Below, in pieces: positions 11,224 to 20,861 of a stretch of 64,000 bases of DNA; positions within the stretch are counted from its first letter, which is position 1, and the number at the start of each line of letters is the position of its first letter. The stretch lies in NCBI GenBank assembly GCA_965221125.1, contig CBDCRW010000003.1, positions 288,001 through 352,000 of the forward strand. Reading direction: 5' to 3'. This DNA is from Alphaproteobacteria bacterium. GTDB taxonomy: Bacteria; Pseudomonadota; Alphaproteobacteria; UBA828. The notes under the pieces are model-generated. The model did no database searches. It saw only the letters and a list, made by a program, of their open reading frames with translations, and had not been told where the DNA came from. A program made the translations under genes and the position numbers.

Positions 11224-13215
11224 ATGGAGCTTGCACACGCCGGCGCAGACCGGCGAAGTGAGACCATCGCCCGCGAAGCGCCGGGCACCGTAGACGGCAC
11301 TATTCCCGCTCCCGCCCTGGAAGAGGTCATCGACGACGCGGCTGCCGGCCTGCGCGGGCTCCAGCGCGACGACGGCCACTGGGTGTTCGAGCTCGAGGCC
11401 GACGCGACCATTCCGGCCGAGTACATCCTCCTCAACCACTTCCTGGACGAGGTCGATCCCGAGACCGAAGCGCGGCTCGGCAATTACATCCGCAGCCGGC
11501 AGGGCGAAGACGGCGGCTGGCCGCTCTTCCACGGCGGCGCGTTCGACGTGAGCTGCACCGTCAAGGCCTACTACGCGCTGAAGCTGATCGGCGACGACCC
11601 GGACGCGCCGCACATGGCCCGCGCGCGCAACGCGGTGCTCGCCGCCGGCGGGGCGGCGCGGTGCAACGTGTTCACGCGGATCTGCCTCGCCCTCTTCGGC
11701 CAGGTGCCGTGGCGGGCCGTGCCGGCGATGCCGGTCGAGATCATGCTGCTGCCGCGCTGGTTCCCCTTCCACCTGAGCAAGGTCTCCTACTGGTCGCGCA
11801 CCACCATCGTGCCGCTCTCGATCCTGCTCGCGCTCAAGCCCCGGGCGAGAAATCCGCGCGGCGTCGGCATCGCGGAGCTGTTCACCACCCCGGCGGAGCG
11901 GGAATGGCACTACTTCCCGAGGCGCACCGTCACCGAGTGGATGTTCCTCACCCTCGACCGGGCGATCGCGCTCAGCGAGGGGCTGATGCCACGCGCGCTG
12001 CGCCGGAGGGCCATCGACAAGGCGCTCGACTGGTGCATGACGCGGCTCAACGGCGAGGACGGGCTCGGCGCGATCTTCCCGCCGATGGCCAACCTGCTCA
12101 TGGCCTTAGACACGCTGGGCTACCCGGCGGAGCATCCGGCGCGCCAGACCGCCCGGCGCGCTTTGGACCTCCTGCTGGTCGATCCGGTCAACGGCAGCCA
12201 GTATTGCCAGCCCTGCGTCTCGCCGGTCTGGGATACCGGCCTTGCCGCGCTCAGCCTGATGGAGTGCCGCACGGAGGACGAGCAGCGGGCGGCGGAGACC
12301 TCGCTTCCCTGGCTCGCCGACCTCCAGGTCCTCGATGTCGAAGGGGACTGGACGGCGGAGCGGCCCGACACGCCGTCGGGGGGCTGGGCCTTTCAGTATC
12401 GCAACGACCACTACCCGGACGTGGACGACACGGCGGTCGTGGGCATGGCGCTCCACCGCGCCGATCCGCAAGCGCACGGGGAGGCGATCGACCGGGCGGC
12501 CGCCTGGATCGTCGGCATGCAGAACGAGAACGGCGGCTGGGGCGCCTTCGACGCCGAGAACGAGCACTTCTACCTCAACCGAATCCCCTTCGCCGATCAC
12601 GGCGCGCTCCTCGACCCCGCCACCGCGGACGTGAGCGCCCGCTGCGTGAGCTTCCTCTGCCAGATCGGCTATGCGCGCGAGCACGACACGGTGGCGCGGG
12701 GCGTCGCCTATCTCCTCGCCGAGCAGGAGGAGGACGGCTCCTGGTTCGGCCGCTGGGGAACCAACTACATCTACGGCACCTGGTCGGTGCTCTGCGCGCT
12801 GAACGCCGCCGGCGTCGACCCGTCATCGTCGGCCATCCGCAAGGCGGTGGCCTGGCTCGAAGCCAGGCAGCGCGCCGACGGCGGCTGGGGCGAGACCGGC
12901 GACAGCTACTACGGCGAGCGCATCGAGAACTCCTTCGACGTGTGCTCGACCCCGTCGCAGACCGCGTGGGCCGTGCTCGCCCTGATGGCCGTGGGCGAAG
13001 TCGGGAGCGACGCGGTGCGGCGCGGCGTCACTTACCTCTGCAATGCGGAGCGGCAGGGGGCGAAGTGGCTGGAAGACGAGTTCACCGCAGTCGGCTTCCC
13101 ACGCGTCTTCTACCTCCGCTACCACGGCTACAGCGCCTACTTCCCGCTCTGGGCGCTGGCGCGTTACCGCGCGCTGGCGAGCGGCAACGATCACCGCCCG
13201 CGCTACGGCATGTAG
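11224..13215 (+). CDS. shc: Squalene-hopene cyclase (HpnF)
   Basis: ELEADATIPAEY, YPDVDDTA (DXDD motif), several QW repeats (QEEDGSW, QRADGGW), GFPRVFYLRY. Confidence 0.96.
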   Translation: MELAHAGADRRSETIAREAPGTVDGTIPAPALEEVIDDAAAGLRGLQRDDGHWVFELEADATIPAEYILLNHFLDEVDPETEARLGNYIRSRQGEDGGWPLFHGGAFDVSCTVKAYYALKLIGDDPDAPHMARARNAVLAAGGAARCNVFTRICLALFGQVPWRAVPAMPVEIMLLPRWFPFHLSKVSYWSRTTIVPLSILLALKPRARNPRGVGIAELFTTPAEREWHYFPRRTVTEWMFLTLDRAIALSEGLMPRALRRRAIDKALDWCMTRLNGEDGLGAIFPPMANLLMALDTLGYPAEHPARQTARRALDLLLVDPVNGSQYCQPCVSPVWDTGLAALSLMECRTEDEQRAAETSLPWLADLQVLDVEGDWTAERPDTPSGGWAFQYRNDHYPDVDDTAVVGMALHRADPQAHGEAIDRAAAWIVGMQNENGGWGAFDAENEHFYLNRIPFADHGALLDPATADVSARCVSFLCQIGYAREHDTVARGVAYLLAEQEEDGSWFGRWGTNYIYGTWSVLCALNAAGVDPSSSAIRKAVAWLEARQRADGGWGETGDSYYGERIENSFDVCSTPSQTAWAVLALMAVGEVGSDAVRRGVTYLCNAERQGAKWLEDEFTAVGFPRVFYLRYHGYSAYFPLWALARYRALASGNDHRPRYGM

Positions 13216-13241
13216 CCACAAGGCTGCTGACCGGGCGCGCG

Positions 13242-14024
13242 ATGGCTGACCGGCCCCGCATCGGCGTCATCACGGGGCTGGCCGCGGAGGCCGCGACACT
13301 TCCCGAGGACTCTTTCCAGATCGCGGTCTCCGCCGCCAATTCCGCACGTGCCGAACAGGCGGCCGAGGCCATGATCGCGGGCGGTGCTGCGCTTCTGGTG
13401 AGCTACGGCTTCGCCGCCGGGCTCGACCCGCGCTTAGGCCCCGGCGCCCTGCTGCTGCCCGAGGCGGTGATCGCCCACGAAGGCAAGGTCGAGACGCCGG
13501 ATCGCGGCGGCGTGCGCGACCAGCTGAGCCGGATGACCTCCTTCAAGCCGAGGGAGGGGCCGGGGGCGCCGGAGCCGCCCCCGCCAGAAGCCTATATGGC
13601 GGTGGACGCGCACGTCCGCGACAGGCTGAGCCGGGGCCTGGACATGCGGGTCGAAGGCGGCGCGATCGCCGGCGTCGACCGGCCGCTGGTGCGCCCCGAC
13701 GAGAAGCTCGCGCTCTTCGCGCAGACCCGTGCCAAGGCCGCGGACATGGAGAGCCACGTCGTCGCCCGCACTGCTGCGGCGGCCGGCGTGCCCTTCGTGG
13801 TGATCCGCGCCATCAGCGACCCGAGCAACCGGGCGCTTCCGCGCGCCGCCGTGGTCGGGATCACGCAAGAGGGCCGGATCGACGCCGGTGCGGTCGCGGT
13901 CGCGCTGCTGAGAAGCCCGTGGGAATGTACCGACATGCTGACGCTCGCGCTCGACGGGGCGCAGGCGATGCACCGGCTACGCCGCGTTGGTCGCCGGGCG
14001 GCGCCCCTTCTCTTGCGCCTCTGA
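13242..14024 (+). CDS. hpnG: Hopanoid-associated nucleoside phosphorylase
   Basis: GVITGLAAEA, SYGFAAGLDP, ADMESH, VIRAISDP; directly follows shc. Confidence 0.8.
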   Translation: MADRPRIGVITGLAAEAATLPEDSFQIAVSAANSARAEQAAEAMIAGGAALLVSYGFAAGLDPRLGPGALLLPEAVIAHEGKVETPDRGGVRDQLSRMTSFKPREGPGAPEPPPPEAYMAVDAHVRDRLSRGLDMRVEGGAIAGVDRPLVRPDEKLALFAQTRAKAADMESHVVARTAAAAGVPFVVIRAISDPSNRALPRAAVVGITQEGRIDAGAVAVALLRSPWECTDMLTLALDGAQAMHRLRRVGRRAAPLLLRL

Positions 14025-15149
14025 CGCGGCTTCCTCGGCGAGGCGGATTTCGCGCAGCTTCTCCTGCACGTGCCGGTCGAACATGTACTGGGCCGGACGG
14101 GCCTTGCCGAGGTCGATCTCCGGCACCATCGGGCCGGTCGTCCTGATCCCGCGCAGCTTCACCAGCAGGGCCGCCCAGGGCCGGGCGAGCGAATGCTCCG
14201 CCGCCGTCGGCTCGTAGCCGCAGTGGACCATGCAGTCCGCGCACTTCTCGTAGCGCCCGGTGCCGTAGGAGTCCCAGTCGGTCTCCTCCATGAGCGCGCG
14301 GAAGCTGCCGGCATACCCCTCGCCGATCAGGTAGCAGGGCTTCTGCCAGCCGAAGACGTTGCGGGTGGGGTTGCCCCAGGGCGTGCACTGGAAATCCTGG
14401 TTCCCGGCGAGGAAGTCGAGGAAGAGGCTCGACTGGCTGAAGCGCCACTTCTTGCCCGCGCCGCGTGCGAAGATGTCGCGGAACAGCTCCTTGGTCTTGG
14501 TGCGGTTGAGGAAGTGCTGCTGGTCGGGCGCGCGCTCGTAGGAGTAGCCGGGCGAGACCGTGATCGCCTCGACGCCGAGCTCGTCCGTCGCGAAGTCGAA
14601 GAACGCCGCGAGCCGCTCCGCCGGGTGGCCGTCGAACACGGTGGCGTTGACGTTGACGCGGAAGCCCCGCCTCCGCGCCTCCTTGATCGCCGCCACCGCG
14701 CGCTTGAATGTGCCGGGCTGATCGACCGCGTGGTCGTGCTCCTCCTCCAGCCCGTCGAGGTGGACCGAGAAGGTCAGGTACTTCGTCGGTGTGAAGAGAT
14801 CGAGCTTCTTCTTGAGCAGCAGCGCGTTCGTGCAGAGATAGACGAACTTCTTGCGCGCGATGATTTCGGCGACGATCTCGCCGATCTCCGGATGGATCAG
14901 AGGCTCGCCGCCGGGGATCGAGACCATCGGTGCGCCGCATTCGTCCACTGCCTCGAGGCACTCGGCCACGCTCAGGCGCTGGTTCAGGATCTCGGGCGGG
15001 TAGTCGATCTTGCCGCATCCGGGGCAGGCGAGGTTGCAGCGGAAGAGCGGCTCCAGCATCAGCACCAGGGGATAGCGCTTCTCGCCCGCGAGCTTCCTGC
15101 CGACGATGTAGGCGCCGACGCGTATCTTCTGGATCAGCGGGACGGACAC
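13977..15149 (-). CDS. hpnH: Adenosylhopane synthase, radical SAM
   Basis: LMLEPLFRCNLACPGCGKIDYP (CxxxCxxC), CTPWGNPTRNVFGWQKPCYL, KCADCMVHCGYE. Confidence 0.95.
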   Translation of the reverse strand: MSVPLIQKIRVGAYIVGRKLAGEKRYPLVLMLEPLFRCNLACPGCGKIDYPPEILNQRLSVAECLEAVDECGAPMVSIPGGEPLIHPEIGEIVAEIIARKKFVYLCTNALLLKKKLDLFTPTKYLTFSVHLDGLEEEHDHAVDQPGTFKRAVAAIKEARRRGFRVNVNATVFDGHPAERLAAFFDFATDELGVEAITVSPGYSYERAPDQQHFLNRTKTKELFRDIFARGAGKKWRFSQSSLFLDFLAGNQDFQCTPWGNPTRNVFGWQKPCYLIGEGYAGSFRALMEETDWDSYGTGRYEKCADCMVHCGYEPTAAEHSLARPWAALLVKLRGIRTTGPMVPEIDLGKARPAQYMFDRHVQEKLREIRLAEEAASEAQEKGRRPATNAA

Positions 15150-15179
15150 GATGCCACTCTCACCCGCGGGCCCGGACCC

Positions 15180-16121
15180 TCAGCCACCGGATGCGCTGGC
15201 CTCGACCAGCTCGGCCGGCAGCTTGAAGCGCACGCGCTCCTGGATCCCGTCCTGGATCTGGAGCTCGACCGTGTTGATCTCCCGCAGCCGGGCGACCAGG
15301 TCCTGCACCAGCTCCTCCGGCGCCGATGCGCCGGCGGTCACGCCCACGCGGCGCACGCCGTCGAACCACGTGGGGTCGAGGTCGCGGGCATCGTCGATCA
15401 GGTGGGTCGGCACGCCCATCTCCTCGCCGATCTCCCGCAGCCGGTTGGAATTCGAGCTGTTGCGCGCGCCCACCACGAGGATCAACTCGACCTCCTCGGC
15501 GAGCTTGCGCACCGAGGCTTGCCGGTTCTGCGTCGCGTAGCAGATGTCCTTCACGTCGGGGCCGGAGATGCTCGGGAAGCGCGAGGTCAGCGCCTCGATC
15601 ACGTCGCGGGTGTCGTCGACGCTGAGCGTGGTCTGCGTGACGTAGGCGACCTTCTCGGGGTTCGCCACCTCGAGCCTGGAGACGTCGTCCGGCGTGGCGA
15701 CGATGTGGACGCCGTTCTTCACGCGCCCGCTGGTGCCCTCCACCTCGGGATGGCCGTCGTGGCCGATGAGGATGATCTCGCGCCCCTCGCGCTCGTAGCG
15801 CCGCGCCTCGATGTGGACCTTGGCGACCAGCGGGCAGGTCGCGTCGATCACCGGCAGGTTGCGGTGCCCGGCCTCGCTCTCCACCTTCTCCGAGACGCCG
15901 TGGGCGCTGAAGATGGTGACGGCGCCTTCGGGCACCTCGTCGATCTCCTCGACGAAGACCGCGCCCTTCTTGCGCAGGTCGTCGACCACCCGCTTGTTGT
16001 GCACGATCTCGTGGCGGACGTAGACCGGCGGCCCGAAAACTTCAAGCGCGCGCTCGACGATCTCGATGGCTCGCTCGACGCCGGCGCAGAAGCCCCGGGG
16101 CTCCGCCAGAATGACCTGCAT
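15180..16121 (-). CDS. ispH: 4-hydroxy-3-methylbut-2-enyl diphosphate reductase
   Basis: [36 protein letters not shown]; start may instead be 16160. Confidence 0.96.
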   Translation of the reverse strand: MQVILAEPRGFCAGVERAIEIVERALEVFGPPVYVRHEIVHNKRVVDDLRKKGAVFVEEIDEVPEGAVTIFSAHGVSEKVESEAGHRNLPVIDATCPLVAKVHIEARRYEREGREIILIGHDGHPEVEGTSGRVKNGVHIVATPDDVSRLEVANPEKVAYVTQTTLSVDDTRDVIEALTSRFPSISGPDVKDICYATQNRQASVRKLAEEVELILVVGARNSSNSNRLREIGEEMGVPTHLIDDARDLDPTWFDGVRRVGVTAGASAPEELVQDLVARLREINTVELQIQDGIQERVRFKLPAELVEASASGG

Positions 16122-16282
16122 GCTGCCCTTCTCGCCCACGCCAGGCTCCTGCTCCATCATGGGGTTACTCCGGGCGGGACGGTCGACTCCGCGCCTGGAG
16201 CACGCGCCTCACCCTATCGCAGACGCGCGACTCCGGCAACAATCCGCTTCCGTGTCCCAGCGACGAACGAGGTCGGAGGCTC

Positions 16283-16624
16283 ATGTCCCACGTCGCCGTC
16301 TGCGTGACCGCGCCGAGCCAGGCCGAAGCCGAGGCCATCGGGCGCGCCGTGGTGGAGGCGCGGCTTGCGGCATCGGTCAACATCGTGCCGGGCGTCTCCT
16401 CCCTCTACTGGTGGGAAGGAGCGGTGCGCGAAGCCGGCGAAGCCATGCTCTGGATGAAGACCCGCGCCGATCTCGTCGCGCCGCTCACGGCCAGGGTCAA
16501 GGCGCTGCACAGCTACGCCTGCCCCTGCGTGATCGCGCTCCCCATCACGGGCGGCAACGCCGACTACCTCGCCTGGATCGACGCCGAGACCGGGCCTGCA
16601 CCGCTCGAACCTGACCCTGAGTGA
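16283..16624 (+). CDS. cutA: Divalent-cation tolerance protein CutA
   Basis: VEARLAASVNI, SLYWWEG, LHSYACP. Confidence 0.9.
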   Translation: MSHVAVCVTAPSQAEAEAIGRAVVEARLAASVNIVPGVSSLYWWEGAVREAGEAMLWMKTRADLVAPLTARVKALHSYACPCVIALPITGGNADYLAWIDAETGPAPLEPDPE

Positions 16625-16643
16625 CGCTGGGCTGGCAGGCCCA

Positions 16644-17021
16644 TCACCATTGCCGGTCCACAGCGATGGCGTCGAACACCTCGTCGACCGAGACCAGCGG
16701 GCAGTTCTCCAGCCGGGACTGGGCCGCGAGGAGTCGGTCCCACGGGTCGCGGTGCGCCCAATCGAGCTGCGCCGCATACTCGGCGTGCTCGTGGGTGATG
16801 GGGAGGTCCTCGACCGCGTTGCGCCTGAGCGCGGCGCGCAACTCCTGCGGCGGCAGGGCGATGCGGCTGCGCTGCGCCTTCCACTCAAGCTCGTAGATGG
16901 AGACGGCGCTGACGAGCACGGCGTTCCCGCGATCGAGAATCAGTCCCCTGGCGGTCGCGGACAGTCTCCGGCTGCCCGCGACCCACCAGTAGACGGCATG
17001 GCTGTCGAGAAGCAGCCTCAC
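16644..17021 (-). CDS. PIN-domain toxin (VapC family)
   Basis: LLLDSH, VSAVSIYE, HRDPWDRLLAAQ, LVSVD. Confidence 0.9.
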   Translation of the reverse strand: MRLLLDSHAVYWWVAGSRRLSATARGLILDRGNAVLVSAVSIYELEWKAQRSRIALPPQELRAALRRNAVEDLPITHEHAEYAAQLDWAHRDPWDRLLAAQSRLENCPLVSVDEVFDAIAVDRQW

Positions 17022-17299
17022 GAAGCCTTCGGCGGACCCCGCCAGATGCCCAGCGCGTCGCTGAATTCGCCGGCGTCGATTGCGGCCTGCTCCGGATCCT
17101 CGTGGTCGAAGAGGTCATCCGGCAGGTTGAGGTGCTTGAGCGGCGCGGCTTCGCGTTGCGCAGCCTCGGCCGGCGGGACGATGCGCGCCTGTGGTTCGCT
17201 ACCCTTGGTGATCATGATTTCCTCGCCCTCTTTCGCGCGCGCCAGCAAGCTCGAGAAGCTGGCGCGGGCTTCGGCAACCTTGAAAATCTTGGTCGGCAT
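17018..17299 (-). CDS. Phd/YefM-family antitoxin
   Basis: VAEARASFSSLLARAKEGEEIMIT; overlaps the toxin start by 4 bp. Confidence 0.85.
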   Translation of the reverse strand: MPTKIFKVAEARASFSSLLARAKEGEEIMITKGSEPQARIVPPAEAAQREAAPLKHLNLPDDLFDHEDPEQAAIDAGEFSDALGIWRGPPKAS

Positions 17300-17476
17300 G
17301 CTCCGATTCCCCTCGTGCGCGCCGGGACCGACGACGGCGCCCGCTCCATTCCCACCTCTATGTACAACATAGTTGGTCATATTCCAAGCACAATCGGCAA
17401 GACCCTCTCCGGCGCACGCAGATTGACGGCGGCGGCTGGGTAATCATGATGCCACGGCAAGCAGCGCGGGGGCGGC

Positions 17477-18349
17477 ATGATCTACGACGAGCCGGTGTTC
17501 AGGACGCTGGGCGACACCGCCATCAACGTCGAGTTCGGCGACGAGACCAGCATCCCGCTCAACTTCCGCATCCTGGCGCTCGACTTCGCGCTACGCGAGC
17601 ACGCGCCCGAGGGGCTGGTCGAGACCAACCCGCAGGTGCGCACCCTCGGCCTCGTCTTCGACCCGCTCAGCACCACGCGCGCTCGCATCGTCGCCCACGT
17701 GAAGGAACTCATCGCCGCTCAGGGGACGGTCTCGACGCTGCCGAGCCGGCGCGTCATCATCCCGGCGCTCTACGACGACCCCTGGTCGCGGGAATGCGCC
17801 GAAGCCTTCGGCGTCCGCAACAACATCGAGTACATCGCCGCGTTCAACGGCATGACGGTCGCGCAAGTGATCGAGACCCACACGGCCTGCGACTACTGGG
17901 TCACCGGCGTGGGCTTCGTCCCCGGCGCCTTCATGTCCTACGCCATGGAGCCCGAAAAACGCTTCGGCGCACCGCTCTACCGCACGCCCCGCACCTGGAC
18001 CCACGCGAGGCTGCTCAACTTCGGCGGCGCCACGTCGACCATCTATCCGATCCGCGTGCCGGGCGGCGGCCAGCTCTTCGGCCGCACGCCGATCGAGATC
18101 TTCGATCCGAGGGAGCTGAGCCCCGCCTTCGCCGACGGCCCAGTGCTCGCACGCGCGGGCGACCGCCACCGCTACGAATCCATCGGGCGGGAGGAGTACG
18201 ACGCGATCCGCGCAGAGGTCGGGGCCGGCACCTACGAATACCGGGTCGAGGAGGGAACCTTCGACTGCGCGGGCTACGTCGATTGGCTGGCCGGGATCGG
18301 GGAGCCGGCCGAGAAGCGCGACCCCGAGAGCACGTGGGGGCCGGCCTGA
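17477..18349 (+). CDS. Carboxyltransferase C/D-domain protein (PxpB / allophanate hydrolase subunit 1-like)
   Basis: LGDTAINVEFG, GFVPG, PGGGQLFGRT. Confidence 0.8.
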   Translation: MIYDEPVFRTLGDTAINVEFGDETSIPLNFRILALDFALREHAPEGLVETNPQVRTLGLVFDPLSTTRARIVAHVKELIAAQGTVSTLPSRRVIIPALYDDPWSRECAEAFGVRNNIEYIAAFNGMTVAQVIETHTACDYWVTGVGFVPGAFMSYAMEPEKRFGAPLYRTPRTWTHARLLNFGGATSTIYPIRVPGGGQLFGRTPIEIFDPRELSPAFADGPVLARAGDRHRYESIGREEYDAIRAEVGAGTYEYRVEEGTFDCAGYVDWLAGIGEPAEKRDPESTWGPA

Positions 18350-19362
18350 TGCTGGAGGTGCTGGAAGGCGGCCTGCGCACCACGATCCAGGACATGGGAC
18401 GGCGCGGCGGGCAGGCGCTGGGCATTCCGCCCTCCGGCGCGCAGGACGGGTTCGCGCTCAGGATCGCCAATTTGCTCGTCGGCAACCCGCCGGGCGGGCC
18501 GCTGGTGCTGCGCGACGATCCCGGCGCGGCCGGCCTCGAAATCACCCTCGGCCGGCTGAAGCTGAGGGCGCTGGAGGACCACACCGTGGCGCTCGCCGGC
18601 GCCGACACGGGCGCCACGGTGGACGGCGACGCGGCGCCCGTCTGGTCCAGCTTCGTCCTCCGCCGGGGCCAGACCCTCGCCTGCGGCCTCGCGCGGCGCG
18701 GCGCGCGCGCCTATCTCGCGGTCCACGGCGGGATCGACGTGCCGCTCTACCGGGGCAGCCGCGCCACCCACGTGAGCGGCGGCTTCGGCGGGCTGGAGGG
18801 GCGCCCGCTCGCGGCCGGCGACCGCCTGCCGGTGGGTGCGGCCAGCGCGCCGGCCGACGACCTCGCCGGGCGCCGGCTGCGGCCTGACCTCGTGCCCCGC
18901 TACGTGCCGCCCGCAGAGGTGCGCGTGGTCGCAGGCCCCGAGGCGCATCACTTCACGGCGGACAGCGTCGAGGCCTTCTTTGCCACCGCGTGGAAACTCA
19001 ACCCCAAGGCGGACCGCACGGGCATGCGCTTCATCGGCCCGCAGCTCTCCTTCAGGCCGGGGCGGCCGCGCTACCTGGTCGAGGACGCGGGCGTCGACCC
19101 CTCCAACATCGTCATCGACCCCGGTGCGCCGGTGGGCACGATCCAGGTGCCCTCGGGCGTGGAGCCCATCGTGCTCTGCGTCGATTCGCCGAGCATCGGC
19201 GGCTACGCGCGGATCGCCGTCGTGATCTCCACCGACATGGCGCGCCTCGGCCAGATCCGCCCCTTCGAGGAGACCCGCTTCGTCCGCATCTCCCACGAGG
19301 ATGCGGTGGCGATCCTCGCCGCGCAGGAAGCACTGATCGCGGACCCGGCCATCATCGTGTAA
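18349..19362 (+). CDS. Carboxyltransferase A/B-domain protein (PxpC / allophanate hydrolase subunit 2-like)
   Basis: TTIQDMGR, GIPPSGAQD, DRTGMR, GTIQVPSG, GGYARIA; coupled by a TGATG overlap. Confidence 0.85.
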   Translation: MLEVLEGGLRTTIQDMGRRGGQALGIPPSGAQDGFALRIANLLVGNPPGGPLVLRDDPGAAGLEITLGRLKLRALEDHTVALAGADTGATVDGDAAPVWSSFVLRRGQTLACGLARRGARAYLAVHGGIDVPLYRGSRATHVSGGFGGLEGRPLAAGDRLPVGAASAPADDLAGRRLRPDLVPRYVPPAEVRVVAGPEAHHFTADSVEAFFATAWKLNPKADRTGMRFIGPQLSFRPGRPRYLVEDAGVDPSNIVIDPGAPVGTIQVPSGVEPIVLCVDSPSIGGYARIAVVISTDMARLGQIRPFEETRFVRISHEDAVAILAAQEALIADPAIIV

Positions 19363-19380
19363 GCGGCGCCCGCGCGGCCC

Positions 19381-19411
19381 TTGACAGAGAGCATTTCGGA
19401 CCCGCCATAAT
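19381..19411 (+). promoter_or_regulatory. Candidate sigma70 promoter for the RiPP tailoring operon
   Basis: TTGACA (19381-19386), 19-bp spacer, CATAAT (19406-19411), about 70 bp upstream of ATG 19483; the spacer is long. Confidence 0.35.
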
Positions 19412-19482
19412 CGTCGGGCTTGCGCACGTTTTTCTGCCAGACAGTCTCGTTTAGTCGGAACTTGCGAGAATGGTGAACATCG

Positions 19483-20784
19483 ATGAACAAACACATTAGT
19501 ACCGAAGAATTTCTCTTGAAAAAAGCAGGAGAAGATACCGAATTTCGCGCGCGTCTCCTCGCCAGACCCAAAGAAACGATCGAAAGCGAGTTCGGCGTAA
19601 CGCTGGACAAGAACCACACGATTTGCGTGCACGAAGAAAGCGATACCGCGACGCATCTGGTACTTCCGCCGCGCAGCAAGCTCGGCGAGGAAGAACGGGA
19701 AGCCACGAGAACCGGCGCCGCATCGCTCGCGTTCCTTCGCAAGACGCTCCACGACCCCGCGCCGCCGCTTCGCCCTCCCGCCCCTCGGCGTGCGCGCGCC
19801 CCAACGAGCGCTGCGACCCCCGCAGCACTTGCAAGAGCGGGCCGAGACAGCATCCGCCGCGCTCTCGAATTCCTGGAAACCACAATTGACGAGAACGGGG
19901 CCTGGCACTGCATCCGCTTCAACATGGCCGACCCGGACATACCCCGGCATTTCGAACGACCCGCCTTCGTTTCCGCTCTCTGTGTGCTTGCCCTGGAATG
20001 TTGCGGCGACGCGCGGGCCAAGGCCATGTGCACCGCCGCAAAGGCGTATCTCGCTGATACCATCGAATATCCGGGGCTGTGGCGCTACTACCGCCATCTG
20101 CCCCAAGACCTCGACAGCACGACGCTCTGTTCGCTTGTTATCGGCACCCATCCCTGGATTTTTCTGGGACGAAACGTGCCAACAATCTTGGCGAACCGCG
20201 ACGAGAACGGGCTGTTCAGAACCTGGGTGCTGGCGGAAGGCGAACCCGACGTCGTGGCGCCCTTTCGCATCGAAGCCGACCCCGTCGTCAATGCGAACGT
20301 CATCGCCTATCTCGGCGACCGCCCCGAAACGAGGGATGCCCAGCGGTGGCTGGAAGGCTTGATTGCCGAAGGCAGCCTGGAGGGCTCCTCCAAGTGGTAT
20401 CCCGACGCGGTCGCGATCTGCTACGCAATCGCCCGCGCCATGATCCGCGCGGCGCCTGCCCTCGAACACTCACGCCCGGTCCTCGCGGAGCGCATCCTGA
20501 ACCTGCGCGACGAAGACGGAGGGTTTGGCAACATCCTCAAGACCGCGCAGGCCGTCTCGTCGCTATACAACGTCGGACGCCTTGAAAGCCTCGACGCGAA
20601 ACGCACGGTGGAAGAGTTCACAAGTACGCAGCGAGAGGACGGAAGCTGGCCTGAGCTTCTCGCGTTTGGCGATCAGTACCTGAAGTGGGGAGCGGTGGGG
20701 CAAATCGGGCATGGCTCCGAAGCCGTAACCTCTGCCTTTTGTATCGAAGCTCTGGAACGCCTTGTAGAACTATTGGAGTCCTGA
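19483..20784 (+). CDS. NHLP leader domain fused to a class II terpene cyclase / prenyltransferase-like alpha-barrel
   Basis: aa 1-78 align without gaps to the precursor leader (30/78 identical by hand); Pro/Ala linker; QW-like repeats IDENGAW, RDENGLF, RDEDGGF, QREDGSW; acidic motif PQDLDST. Confidence 0.8.
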   Translation: MNKHISTEEFLLKKAGEDTEFRARLLARPKETIESEFGVTLDKNHTICVHEESDTATHLVLPPRSKLGEEEREATRTGAASLAFLRKTLHDPAPPLRPPAPRRARAPTSAATPAALARAGRDSIRRALEFLETTIDENGAWHCIRFNMADPDIPRHFERPAFVSALCVLALECCGDARAKAMCTAAKAYLADTIEYPGLWRYYRHLPQDLDSTTLCSLVIGTHPWIFLGRNVPTILANRDENGLFRTWVLAEGEPDVVAPFRIEADPVVNANVIAYLGDRPETRDAQRWLEGLIAEGSLEGSSKWYPDAVAICYAIARAMIRAAPALEHSRPVLAERILNLRDEDGGFGNILKTAQAVSSLYNVGRLESLDAKRTVEEFTSTQREDGSWPELLAFGDQYLKWGAVGQIGHGSEAVTSAFCIEALERLVELLES

Positions 20785-20861
20785 AGGATTTACAGGCTGC
20801 GTTACTCGGTGGTAACATGAATTTCACGACGATCTATCTCTAGTCCATTAGAGAAGCTGCC

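Noticed and set aside
11661-13241. Apparent 787-aa ORF 11661-14024
   Set aside because: Upstream part is an alternate frame inside shc; the real gene is hpnG from 13242
19483-19716. Nitrile hydratase alpha subunit, suggested by amiE in the window
   Set aside because: No CxxCSC metal-binding motif and no beta subunit; it is an NHLP leader
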